Assembly: GCA_001949185.1 (NCBI GenBank)
Contig: BDGG01000017.1
Location: 124,001-188,000, forward strand
DNA: 64,000 nt
DNA from: Ramazzottius varieornatus
Taxonomy: Eukaryota > Animalia > Tardigrada
Direction: 5' to 3'
The notes under the pieces were generated by a model. It ran no database searches. It had not been told where the DNA came from and saw only the letters and a list, made by a program, of their open reading frames with translations. This document shows, one piece after another, positions 12,806-25,500 of this stretch. Position 1 is the first letter of the stretch, and each line of letters begins with the position of its first letter. The position numbers were made by a program, and so were the translations under genes.

Positions 12806-15800
12806 ATGGAGGAGAGCAATGGACCTGATACAAGCCGTCAACATCTGGGACGCTTCCTGCGCAGTCTCAACGAGCTGAAGCCGCCATTGGAGGCCATTAG
12901 TGAGCTGGCTAAGCATGAGAAGGTGGACGGTCGAGGCTCCTGGACTGCTGCCGAATGTTCCAGCGAATTAATCTACTGGATCCAACTTTACCTGACTCAT
13001 CTGTGAGTGTCTCCTGCGGAATCTACCTCTGGGGGTTTCGTACCAACGATGTTTATTATTGTGCGCATAAGAAGGCGTGGTGTGCATGTGCATGTGTGTG
13101 TATCAGTATGACGTCACATCCGTCTGGCTAGTTGTGAGTTTATTTTGACGTCATGTGTTCAGGTGCATGATGAAGAGATTCTGACCAATCAGAATCATCG
13201 TGTTTTTCGATGTACTGTCGGGCGCGGAAATTAGCTGTCGTCTCCTCTTCAGCAAGCTACTCTTCATGTTTCCTCATGCAAAGCGGAGCATAGCCTGACT
13301 TGTCTTGCAAGCTCCACTTGATATGCAAATGGTGATGTTGAACATCTTTAATCAGTGGTCTTGTTCTTTGCAGCGGTTGTCCATTGGAGTACTGCATTCC
13401 CTGTGCACGCGCCATCGTCAACAATGTCTTAGACAGCCATGACTTTCATATGGCCGACTTTGAAGCTCCCTTACCACAGCTGGCTGCTATGGACAGTAAC
13501 GACACGGACGAAACCTGGAAACAGCTCAGCTCTCTGAATGGAACTAATGGTCACGACGAGAACGGAACGACGCTCAATGGCGAGAGCAACAACAAGGAAT
13601 CGGGCAACGGTGCAGGTGTGCCATTGCTTTGATGCTTGATTCATTTATTGACACACTCCTCTGAACACTTTGATGGCGCATTGCGTCATGGTGTTAATGG
13701 GTGCTGCCGTATGAAATCCTGACATAATGTGCGACTTCGTCTGGAGTGCGGGTTAATTCTGTTATGACGGCTTTTTTCAGTGATATCCGCCAAGAATCTG
13801 TACGGACATGCAGTTCAGAAGGCCAACGAGATGTTGACGCGGTGGAAGGAAGACTTGCCACACTTCGAGCCGATGGCGGCGCCTCATCGCGTTTCAGCCT
13901 ACGCCATCAAGAATAAGCGGCCGGGAATGGAGGATCGTCATGTCATAATTCCCGATTTGCGGGCGATCGTCGATCTCAAGGTGTGTTTTTTTTGCTGTAT
14001 TTTTTGCTCACTTTCTTGCTGACGTTGCAGGTCCACCTCTTGTGTAGATGCAGTGAAGTGTACTGGCCTGTGTGTTTATTTGCGTGATGGTTGCTTTTCT
14101 TTGTAGGGCATCAAGTCTCCAGTCAGCTTCTACGCCGTCTACGATGGCCATGCTGGCGCGGTGGCGGCTGCTTATGCCGCCGCACATTTGCATCATTCAC
14201 TGTGTGCTAGTCCCAACTACCCGGACCAGATGGAGAAAGCCCTAAAGGAAGCCTTTGTCGCCACGGACGAACAGTACGAAAAGAAGGGCAGCCGCGATGT
14301 ACGTTGTCTCACTTCCTGTTCCTTCGAAATAATTAGTTTGAATATTCTGGTGAAATAACGAATAAGAAACACGGACTTTAAAGTTCCAAAGAAAATAGTG
14401 TCGACATGACTTTTGGGAATTCTGAGAATCCTAAAAATTCAGGAATGATATTGAACAGTTTTCGAATTTGGTGAAAGGGGAAAATTGACAAAAAGGGGAC
14501 TCGACTAACAGACTCGACAGGATCGTTTTCTCAAGTGGCGCACGTTTCTCGTGTTGTTGGCTGATAGTGTGCGCCACTAGGAAAACAAGATGTCTTTTCC
14601 ACGTGGCGCACGCTTCTAGCCATTAAGACTGAAGACGTGCGCCAGTTGGGAAAACATTCTTGTCTAGTTTGTTTGCCGAGGTCCTAAATTTTAAAATGTA
14701 TGTGAATAATGTTCGGGAAGATTTCATCTAATCTTCCCATTGTTTCTTACAGAAGGACTACAGTGGGACGACGGCAGTGGTGTCGGTCGTCTACGAGGAG
14801 AAGCTGTACATTGCCTGGGTGGGCGACTCGGAAGCGGCCATCATCGTTAATCGCCATGCTGACAAGTTGGTTGAGCCACGTCACACGGCAGAAAACGAGG
14901 TATGAGGGTTGGGGTTGATGAGGTCTTTTCCACATCATTAGCCTCATTTAGAGTGTTGGTTGAAGCGTGATAAAGCAGGGGAGCATGTGCTCATTCATCG
15001 CTGCTTGCAGGTGGAAAGGAAACGGGTGCAGGACGACGGCGGAACTGTGATTTTCAACCAGGGAGGCTGGCGAGTGGGAGCTGTTCTCACCGTCACAAGA
15101 GCCATAGGTACGAAATTCAATTGGAATCTTAATTTGAAAAGAACTTGAAAAGGTCATTTTGACAAATTTCATCCTGACAAATTCCATCCGCCCGCACACT
15201 CGTGAGGCATGGTACATGCAGAGTTTGCTGTATGCAGGTGTGTGACAGATGAATCCAGCGACGGAAATTCGAAATAGGTGTCTTCGATCATTATTATAAT
15301 AGTTGTTCGTTCGTGGTAGGTGATAGTGGGTTCAAGCCCTTCGTTACGTCAAACCCTGACATCCGAACGATCAACTTGGATGGCTCAGAAGACTACCTAA
15401 TCTTGGCCTGTGATGGTTTGTGGGACGAACTGACTCCCGAAGACGCCATGAACACCACCAACCGGTTAGTATGAAGCACTAGTCCAAACTTATCCTCGTT
15501 TTGTTTTGAAAGTGCGGTTTCTTGATGTCGGAGAGTTCAGTGGAGAGAACGAGTGAAAACGCGAAGCTTTTCATCGGTGAAGAAACTAAACACAGTCCAT
15601 CTCGTGTACCTGCATACGAAAGTTCTGTGGAATGTGGACAACACTCTGTATGCAAGTGCGACTGAGACAAGGAATGGTCCGCGTGTGAGATGTCGGCTTT
15701 TGGGCTAATGGCGGGCTTGTTTCTCACAGGTTTCTTCTGCGCAACCCGACCAACCCTGACGACGTAGCGAAGGAACTGGCGGACAAAGCCAAGCGGTCAG

Positions 15801-18800
15801 GTTCGCTGGACAACATTTCAGTACTGGTGGTCTTCCTCCAGCCCGTCGAAGAGATTGTTGGCAAGCTGCAAGCCCAGCGAGACGAGCAGAGAGAGACGGT
15901 GACGCCACCGATGGCGGACAATGTCGATGACTTTGCTGACTTGGTCGACGTCAACACTAATGTTGACTTTGTGGTCGATTACGAGACGCAACATAACAAT
16001 CCTTTCGACACGACACCGCTGGACTCTAGCGTTCTGGGCGACTTTGGAACACCCAACGATCGCTCGGCCTCCGAAGTCGACTGGGACTTTGAGCGGGTAC
16101 CGGTCAACCAGTACCGCGAAGAGGAAAGTCAGGTGAGGATTTGGGAACGATTTTCCGAAGAATAAGTTCAAAAGTCCTTGATGACTTTGGCAGGCGTTGA
16201 ATTTTCTGGACGAAGCAATTGTGAGTCTTGATCAGCCATCGTCGCCTTCTTCGCACAAGCCCGCGAGCGTGACACCGACCGAAGATGTTCGCAGAGAGTT
16301 TTCGCGCGACGAGGAAGGACGACCCATTGTCATCACGCACGACGGGCAGGACGAGGAACAAACCAGCTTTCAGGGCGAACACCAGGTTGGGCTTGAGCCC
16401 CTTCTTTTCCTTGCAGGCCATCATCCGTCGCTTACATTGAACTTTGTAGCACTCGGAGCAACCGGATGACGTTCACGGTCGAAACGACGAGGAGGCTGGG
16501 AGGCCTGCGCAAGAGGAAAAAGTAGAAAAATCACTTGAGCAGGTATGATTGAACCATGAGGAAGGAATGTAATGAAAGGACCCAATAGCAGCTCCGTAAG
16601 CAGACTCGACAAGATTAGGCTTTTCAAGTGGCGCAAAGTTGTGGTGTTATTGGCCGAATGCGTGCGCCGCTTGGAAAAACCTCGACAAGATTGTTACCTC
16701 AGTGGCGGACGTTACCATTGTTGTTGGCCGAAGTTGTGCGCCACTTGAAAAAAGCGATCTTGAGCTTTCTTGCCCTGGTCTGAATTTTCACAAAAAATCA
16801 GAAACTGACATAGTCTTTCGGTTCTTTTTCCTCAATAGGATTACGCAGAATTTCAGCAAAGGTCCAGTTCGCAGAATGACCAGCTGCTGACCGACCAAGA
16901 CGCTTTCCCACATCAGAAGGACCAATCCAACCAGCAGAACCGAAACGATGATAGTTTCGACCAGCGTGTGACGGAGTTGCAGTCCACTGTCCAGTCCAAC
17001 GCAGTGTCGGTTGCCGAAAGCACGCTCCAACCTGACGACTTGACAACCAAGCTCAACGACTTGAAAGTTAGTGGGGAACCCAATAGTGGCAGCGCACCAT
17101 TGCCGTCGGGTAACACCACCGAACAGACCGACCAACCAGGTGATTTTGCTTAACTGCAAATTACATTTACCGGATGCAGTTCATAAGATTAAAGGAACGG
17201 CGTTCATTCCACAAGAGCTCAGCTAAATTTGTTTCTAAATATCGAGAATCGGAGCTCGGCATACAAAATGGACAAGTTTGTCGCAAGTGGTGCACATTCT
17301 CGGTGTCGTTGACTGAACGAGTGCGCCACTTGGAAGGCTATCCAATTGCGTTTATTTACATGCGTTCAAAGTATCTGAAATTCAAGCAAAAGATCTTGTG
17401 ATATGCTGGAACGAAAGCTAGGCTCTTCGGTTTACTATATTATTTGGGATGACATTGTTCTGTTCTCTAGGGACGAACATTGTGACAGGCGCCATCGTGG
17501 CCGCCGCTGCCGGTCTGGGTACCGCCGTCGGTTTCATCCAGTCGGCTCTCCACCTAACCTCAAGCTCCACATCGACGTCCAAGACGCCCACCAAGACCTC
17601 TTCCAACACATCCACCACGACCAAGAAGACTCCACAAAGCCCGGCTACACCCACATCAGCCTCATCCAAGCGTACTCCCTCCAGCTCGAGCAAGTCCACC
17701 ACGGCCACTTCCTCTACCACCACACCATCCAGTGCTTCCAGCCACAGCAAGCCACCATCATCGTTACTCTCCAGTGCTCGTAAAACACCCACCGGCACTA
17801 CCCCGCAAAAGACGCCATCGTCCACTGGAGGCAACATTGAAGTCCCACGGACTCCACCCAAGACGGTGGCTGAAAAGAAGCCGATCGCCACACCGCGAAC
17901 TGTACCCACTAGCACAACCAAGACTCCCAACAAGACAGCTTCTCCAGCTACCAGCACCAACAAGACACCAACTGAAGGTACGTCGGATGAGATTTGGACG
18001 AGAGAATTTCGGCAAGATCGTTTCCCCCAAGTGGCGCACACCTACGGACATTAGCACTTGTAGCGTGCGCCACTTGACGATACAGTATTACTAGTTTTCC
18101 GAAGTAGCGCAAGTATGCAGCAGATAAGTCTGTCGATGTGCTCCACTTTGTGGAGCCAAAGCTGCAGCGTTTTCCAGGTGACGTAGGCTTTCTGTCCACA
18201 ACATTGACGACACGCGCGACGTGGGAAAATGAGCTTCATGGAGTTTCTGTGCCGCATTGACAAATGATTGTGTCTCTTCAGGTTCACCTGTGGCGAAGAA
18301 GCCGATACCAGCAACACCACGAAGTAGCGCGGTGGCGGTTCACCCAGCCCGAACAGGGCCACCTCCAGCGAAGGCTAAAGCCAGTCCGCTGAGTGTCAGT
18401 CATAAGGAGTCGAAAGAAACGAGCGTTGGCCAGTCGAGCAGTAACGAGTCCAGCTCGGGTGCGATTGACACCAGCCCGGCCCAGAATGTAGCTGGTGGCA
18501 CCAAGTCAGCTGCTGCCGCCAAGAAACCCGCCAGCGGTACCGAAAGTACCACCAGCACCAAACGGGCGACACCTCCCAGTAAGTTATCGACTAGCACTGC
18601 TCCATCAGCCCCGAAGACGCCGAGAGCGGCTCCGGCAGTGGCGGCTTCCACGACTAGTGGAGCCAGCGCTCGGTCGGGGACGGCTGGTGCTACTTCCACT
18701 CGGACGACGACGGCGGGTACGACGCCGCGGACTGCTCGACCCACTCCGTCATCCACCAGCAAGCTGCCGCCTCCTCCTTCCGCTTCGGAAGGGACCAGGA

Positions 18801-19564
18801 AGGCCGCTGTGCCGACGACTCCTTCCGCTGGGGACACCATGAAGAAGCCGGCGATACCTGCCACACCGAGAAGCGCGGCTGGAGGGAAGAGCACCACTTC
18901 CAAGACTTCAACCACCACTTCCGGTAATGACAATGAAAAGTAATATAAAATTATTATTCGCGCATTCGAACATTCTTTTTACTTCGGACCTTCGAGTTTA
19001 AAATAGATCTGGAACCTTTTTTCGAGAAACGGGAACTAGAAAATAAAAATGGGAGATTGCCAAACAAAAACTTCACAGAAATGGCGCATGTTAACAGTCT
19101 TACCAGCTGGAAAAACCATCTTGCCAGGTTTGTCCGCCCAGGTGGCGCACAGTCTTAGTGTTATTGGTTGGTAGGAGGCGCCACTTGGGAAAGCGATCTT
19201 GTTGAGTTTGATTGTCGACATCCCAAATATTGTAGTTGGAAGTATTGTTAATCTTTGCACTTTACTACTGTTTGTAGGCTTGAATGGGACGGCTGAAAAA
19301 GCCAAGTCCGCCGTCAAGAAGCCAACAGCCAGTTCATCCAAGACCTCTTCAACGACGACCGCTGGCAAGGCCACAACTGTGAAGGCGGACAAGACGGAGA
19401 AGAAGGAGGAAAATGCCGTGGCGTCCACTGGAGATGGTAACTTCAATGGTCATCCCGAAAAGCAAGACAGCCAGCAGGAAGGCAGAATGGACAGTGCGCA
19501 TGTTGACACGAACCAGAGTCAAAATGTCGATAGTGACAAGAACCAAGAACTGCTGACGTTTTAG
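12806..19564 (+). CDS. PP2C/PPM Ser/Thr phosphatase, PPM1E/PPM1F (POPX/FEM-2)-like, with long low-complexity C-terminal extension
   Basis: Exons approx 12806-13002, 13374-13615, 13781-13980, 14107-14298, 14753-14899, 15011-15107, 15320-15464, 15730-16132, 16194-16385, 16450-16542, 16839-17139, 17471-17977, 18282-18923, 19278-19564. Intact PP2C motifs: KRPGMEDRH, YDGHAG, SGTTA, AWVGDS, TRAIGD, ILACDGLWD, GSLDNISV. Helical N-terminal domain resembles PPM1E/F. Tail exons are less certain than the catalytic exons. Confidence 0.88.
14497..14683. repeat. Family A palindromic element (two units) in PP2C intron
   Basis: actcgacaggatcgttttctcaagtggcgcac..gtgcgccactag..cgtggcgcac..gtgcgccagttgggaaaacattcttgtctagtttgtttgccgag. 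Confidence 0.85.
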
Positions 19565-20019
19565 AGATGGCAGGTAGAAAAGCTTGTGCTTTAGATCATT
19601 CTATGATTAATTTTTCTTTTCGCGTTGGGACGGAGGTTTCTTTTTATACACTGAGTGTCGCGAAGACCTTTTTCCTGCAGGCTTTCATTTTTATTGTTGC
19701 TGTTTCAGCGATCGCGGGCGCGTGTGTGGCTAGCTTCGTATCTATCACTCTTTTTTCTTCGCCTTTGTCATATACTATATTTTTACACCGTCTCGAGTAG
19801 TCTTCGTTTCTAAACATTAATTGACGTATTTTTCCTGTTTTTAGATTACTGTCACTGTTCGCGTCTCGTTTATGGGAGGCTTTGCGATGGTTGATATCGA
19901 GTAGATCTTGACGAATGTTCAAGCTGGTTTTTGTGTTGCGAGCCTCGGAAGCTGCTGTAGTTTTCGTCAAGCTTGATACTGTGTTTTCATAAAGGGTTCG
20001 AAAATCTACAGCAACGTAT

Positions 20020-20140
20020 GTGAGTTGGGCAAACAATCTTGACAAGATTGTTTTCCAAGTGGCTCAAGCTTTCAGCGTTATTGGCTGGAGCGTTCGCCAC
20101 TTTGAAAGACGATCTTGTCCAGTTCCTTCGCTGAGCTCCC
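20020..20140. repeat. Family A palindromic element (single unit), intergenic
   Basis: gagttgggcaaacaatcttgacaagattgttttccaagtggctcaa..ttcgccactttgaaagacgatcttgtccagttccttcgctgagctccc. Confidence 0.8.
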
Positions 20141-20646
20141 AGAACAGTCACAATTTCTTAAGGCTGCTACTACGGAAGCACGGCAAAAGGCAACCTGCTT
20201 ACATTCAAGGACGAAAGGAAACGGCTGACAATGGGCCTTTCAAAATGGTCAGCACGAGTTCTTCAATACGAATCGTGCGGAGCGCAGCTCCACTTCCTGG
20301 TTTTTTCCGTATACAACTTTCCCTCTTTATCCGTAGCACAATGCTTTCGATCGGCAACAACCTACTCAACTTCGCTTTCCGACGTTTTGAATTCTGACCA
20401 CCAAGACAAGCGCCTCATTCAATAAGGTTGAATACGTCCAGAATGACTGGACACACTGGCCCACAGTATATAAATGCTACCCTTTCCACCATTTCTTCAT
20501 CGATTCCAGATAGTCTTTATTTTCACTTTTCCAGCCTTAGCACACTTCGCTACATAATTCTCGTTAGGCGAAGCTGGATCTTCTGCCACCAACAGCTCTA
20601 AATCTCCTTCCCTTGACTCGCTCGAATAGAACCTGGGGTCTTCAAG

Positions 20647-22255
20647 ATGGCCTTTTCTACAGGAGCATTTCTGGTGCTTGTATTTTTGCTGGTGGATCCG
20701 TCCCGGTGCCAGAAGAAGAATGAAACTAGAGCCAAGGAGTGCCAGAAGACTATGACCTTTGGGTGGGGCGATGCCGTCGACCGACGCTCCCGTTGTATCG
20801 TCGACCCCAGTGGCAAACCAATCAACCAGTAAGTCCCTCCGGCCAAACGACACCAGAGGATTTCCTTTTTGTCCAGAATTTCTGTTGGATTTCTGTTGAA
20901 CAGAATAATTTCTGTGGGACAGAATATTTGAAGTTCAATAACCGAAATCGAACGGCCGAAAAAAAGGTATACCGCAAATGGATTATTCCCCAGAACGTGA
21001 TTTCAAGTGGCGCACTTTTCTATTATGATTTCCCGAAAGAGTGCGTCACTTATGGAAACGACCTGGTCGAGTCTGTTTGCCGACGTTCCAGTTGGCTGTT
21101 CTTGTCTTCCCTTCTTCTCTAACATATGTGCACTTTTATGTAGTGTGGCCATGCGTTTACTATCATCGACGCTTTCTAGTGCCGGACGCTTCGTCAAGGT
21201 TCGCGCTCGGTCCGACAATGACCCTTCCATTCCGGCCTCCAACGTCACACTCCACCACAACCCGCACCCGAAGCTCCAGTCTCGAATGCTGGACTCCTCC
21301 ACCCAAGGTCCTTCAGCCACTCTCCAGTCTCTTCTCGACAACACTCGTCTCTACAACGGAGAACGAAGTAGCTTGTGGGCAGCTAGTGCCCGAAGCGAGC
21401 CCAGCTGTTCCCAGGCATGCGCCGCCCAGATCCTCCCCGACAGCTGCTGTCCAGTCCGCACCGAAGTAGCCTACCCGCAGTTCGGCCAGTCCGCCATCTC
21501 CGAACAGACCTTCACCATCATCCAGGACTTCCCGGACTTTGTTCAACCCGTCTTCAAACGCGTTTGCATGTAAGTTCTGTCAAGCCGGTCTAAGATCCAT
21601 ACAGCACAGATGGTCTTTCCAAGTGGCGCACATTTCCAGCCACCAAAACTCAAAGCGTGCGCCACTTTAATTACGATCTTGTCGATGTTTTCCAAGTGAC
21701 GCACGCTCTCGGCTGACAACACTGAAAATACGAGCCACTCGGGAAAACAGTGTGGTTGGGTTTATTCCGAGTTCTCAAATCAATAACACAAAAAAATTTC
21801 ATTTTTTTGTTGAACGAAGGATTCTCTTTCCCGTAGAACGACTCAGTGTAACATCATACGAGGCAACTGCAGCCAAAAGTACGTTCCTCACGCTGTGTTT
21901 TCCGCCCCCAACGGGAAGTTTGGCTCGCTGTTCGGACAAGACTATCTTTTGGTGGAAAGTAAGCCTATCGAAAGGAAATCACCTTTTTGTACCCCTTAGC
22001 TAACCTAGTGGCCACTGAACAGGAAGTGGACAGTTTGATAGTGACTTTTATTCTCTAGGTGGCTGTGAATGTACGCCTGCCATCACCGACTTCGGCACCA
22101 GCGCTACGCCACCTCCCGTTGAACAGATCACTCAGCCTCCGCCATTCCTGACGTCAACGGCTCCTCCAGCGCCTATTCCCAACTCTCCTTACCAATACCC
22201 AACGGTCGCCAGAGATCTTCAACAAGGCAACCGTAATTCTATCATTGCCCAATAA
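20647..22255 (+). CDS. Secreted Spaetzle/neurotrophin-like cystine-knot protein
   Basis: Exons 20647-20828, 21144-21569, 21837-21958, 22059-22255 splice in phase. Signal peptide MAFSTGAFLVLVFLLV, a pro-region, then CCPVRTEVAYP..IIQDFPDFVQPVFKRVC..C..GNCSQKY..VESGCEC (Spaetzle cysteine pattern) and a Pro/Thr-rich tail. Confidence 0.82.
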
Positions 22256-22572
22256 ACTGCCTTTTTCTCTCTACTCGATCCACTTGTTGCATACTCAGTA
22301 TCAAACTCCGTGTGCATATATTTTACACGGTTTAAAACTCAGACTAATTCTGCGCAACACCACAATTTGAAAGCAGAATAAAACATTGAAACACACCATT
22401 CGTTTACGTAGGTGATAAAAAAACATGGAAGTGATTTCTGCGATTTGGAAATTAGTCGAAGAAGACGTTTACGACGGTCTTCACATCAATTACATCACAC
22501 TGAATAGCAGCAGAAATAAGCGAAAGACGAAACCATCCTTTCGTTCAAAAAAGGGAAGGGAAGGAATAGCCA

Positions 22573-25500
22573 CTATCTGACGAACTCGTCTATCACCAGC
22601 AGTTTCTCACGTAGTTCCTCCACCTGTTGCTTGACCAACGGCTCGCGTATCCGTACCCTCACTTCCAGCTTGCCACCCACGGCCTTCTTGCCGTCCATCA
22701 AGTCCAGCGTTGTATGGTACACACAACGGGTCTCCAGACTCTCCAGGTTAATGTGGACGGTCCCCATAACTTTATCACTCTTGAGGAAACCCCTAAAACG
22801 AACGAACCATACAACATAAGATCGTCGAACAAACTTAACAAGATTATTCTCCAAGTCGCGCACGTTCACAGCTAATAATACAGACAGCGTGCGCCACTTG
22901 GAAACCTGGACAAGATTTCCATCCACCATGCGCAAATCGTCAGTGTTTATAGCTGGAGACATGCGCCACTCGGGAAAGCAGTCTTGTTATGTGCGTTCCA
23001 CGAGCTCGCAAAGTAAGGACTGAGCCAGACAGCTTACATTTTGGCGTAGACTTCGCACTTGATGCCTTTAGACTTGAAGACTCTGGCCATTGCCCGAGAC
23101 TTCCGGTTAATCTGAATGGGAAAGACAGCGTTGTATTCTGGCTCGTTGGTACCTTTGATGGCCATACTCTTCCCAGCTTGCGGTGTTTCCTAGAACATAA
23201 AAATACTACATCGATGAGAAACCATGTCACATCTCGAGAGAACTTACAGCTGGGAATGGGAAGTCCCACTTGACCCAAGTGTGAATTTCGTGAGCCTCGA
23301 AGCCGCTCAAAGTATACCCAAAACCTCTCAAAATGCTCAGTTCCATCACATTCTCTGCCAGGTCCGGACAACACCTAAACAAAGAAGCAACTGAAGTTTC
23401 GAAAGTTTCTCTGTTAGAGTCGTGCGGATTACTTGACCACGGAAAAGGCTCGTGTCTCGTAGTGGAAGCGGGGGACGGGTAGGCCATGTTTGAATGCATT
23501 CTTCAATGACTCCAGGTCCTTCCTGGAATGCTGATCAAACTTTTGGAATTTCTCCGTCATGGGGATATCACCGGCTTTCTTGAAATGCAGAGCGTTACGG
23601 GCGCACATCGCCACCTAAAACGGCAAAGCCATCTCCATCACACACAGTTGCTCCTGCAAGAGGTAGCTCACTTCACGCACCTGCATACCCGCACCCCACA
23701 TTAAATACCCTGCCCAAGTGTACACAGGTGAGTGAAATACCCGTAATCACTCAAGGATCCACATACTTCCGTCACATGCTAGAAGGTGCACTCTGAGTAT
23801 GCAGGTACCTGAAGGTTTTACGAGTGGCAGTTCGTACGGTTCATACCTGTTCGACCAAGTCTTTTTCCAGTTGGACGTACATCTCGGTCCTGCTTCTCGG
23901 CGGACCATTGACAGGCCGATCCGCACCGGCATCCTCGTAAGCCACCACTTCGTACCCATGGTCGGCTTCTACGTCACTACCGGCCATGCCTGGTGGCGCC
24001 TTTGGAACGGAAGCAATGTCGACCGGTAAACCATTGGCGGAAGCATTAACCATTTGGTTCATGCTCATGGCTTGCTTCAGATAGAACTTGGCGGTCTCTA
24101 GCGCGCCTTCTTTCTTGGCTTTCAAGGCAGCCAACTTGAATTGCTTCTGGCGTTCCATCAGGAAATTGTGCTGCTGCACTTGACGCGACTCACGACCGTG
24201 GATTGCGTTGGAACCACTGGCCATCGTCCTATCAACAAAGCAACACACATTCATGCATCGCTTATCCAGAACAGTGCCGACGCCTGCTCGGGTGATCGCA
24301 CGTGACCGAAAAGGATGATGACTAGCTTTACGCGCGAGTTGACCGAAGTCAGCTATCAGACAATCCACACAGAGTTGCGCATCGTAACATCAGGAAAAAC
24401 GGAACCACGTGTGCCCGATGACACCGGGAGAAAATTTTATCAACCCCCGCCAACTGGCGCTAAATCGAGTCAGTAAACTATCATCATCGAAAGCGGAGGA
24501 AAACTGTCAAAACCAATTAAGTTTTCAAAGTTTTTAGTACGCTTACTTGATGGGGGACTGCGTTGGACGGTGAGCTGGCGCTACTGCGGTCGGTGCTCTG
24601 GCTACGGCCGGAACTCCAGCTGGTGCCGCAGCTCCAGATGATACTGGAATGGGCGCGAAGCCCGGTGGAGTGGGTAACTCGGAGAAATCGACCGGTCTCT
24701 TGGCCTGGAAGTCCCTTATAGCTTCCTGCGACCCACCCGCCTCATTAGACATATTATCACAATCAGATAAAATCTGGGAGTGAAGCTCATTTGGAAGCTC
24801 GGCGTCTGAACTCGACGAGATCGTTTTGTCCAAGTGACGCATGTTCTCGGTGCTATTGGCTGGAAGCGAGTGCCATTTAGAGAACTCGACAAGACTATTT
24901 CCCAAGTGGCGGCGGACATTTACGGTGTTGTTAGCTGACAGCATGCGTCACTTAACATACCTGATTTTGCCCAATTTGCCTGACGAGCTCCCAACTGACT
25001 TTACTGACCTGATATTGCTTGACTATTCGTTCCGAACGGCGAACTTTCGCCCCGTCGTTCGCAGCCTTGGCTGCTTCCACCGTACTCTTGTACTTCTCTA
25101 GTCTCTGCTGTAAAGCTTGCATGATGGTCTTGGGAGCTTCTGGCGCTTTGAAGCTCTCGGCGAACTCCGCGGGGTCAACGTCAGGAATGTCGTCGCTGGT
25201 AGGCCGCTGGGTGTTCTGAGCTACGGGCTTAGCTGCTGCTGGCGACTTCGGTGGCGGTGTGGAAGGTTCGTCGTCGTCGTCATCCAGGAAGTCAGCGGGC
25301 AGCTGGCTTGGATGCGGCGGCATGGCGGAGATGTCGACTGCCTCACCGGAAGCAGCTGCTTCTATGACCGTATTGAATTGCTGCAAGGAGAGAAATTTGG
25401 ATCAAGGGTGTGTTCCACCGTTCGAGAAGAGCTACAGTAATTTCGATGGCAAATATTACTTTATAAATTTTCATGAAGGTTATGGCCTTGTCCATTTCGT

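Noticed and set aside
16386-16416. Apparent 31-nt intron in the PP2C gene
   Set aside because: That acceptor leads to an immediate stop; the acceptor at 16449 keeps the frame.
17418-18933. Long V/G/A-rich minus-strand ORFs resembling membrane proteins
   Set aside because: Antisense of the S/T/P-rich PP2C tail exons; a codon-composition artefact.
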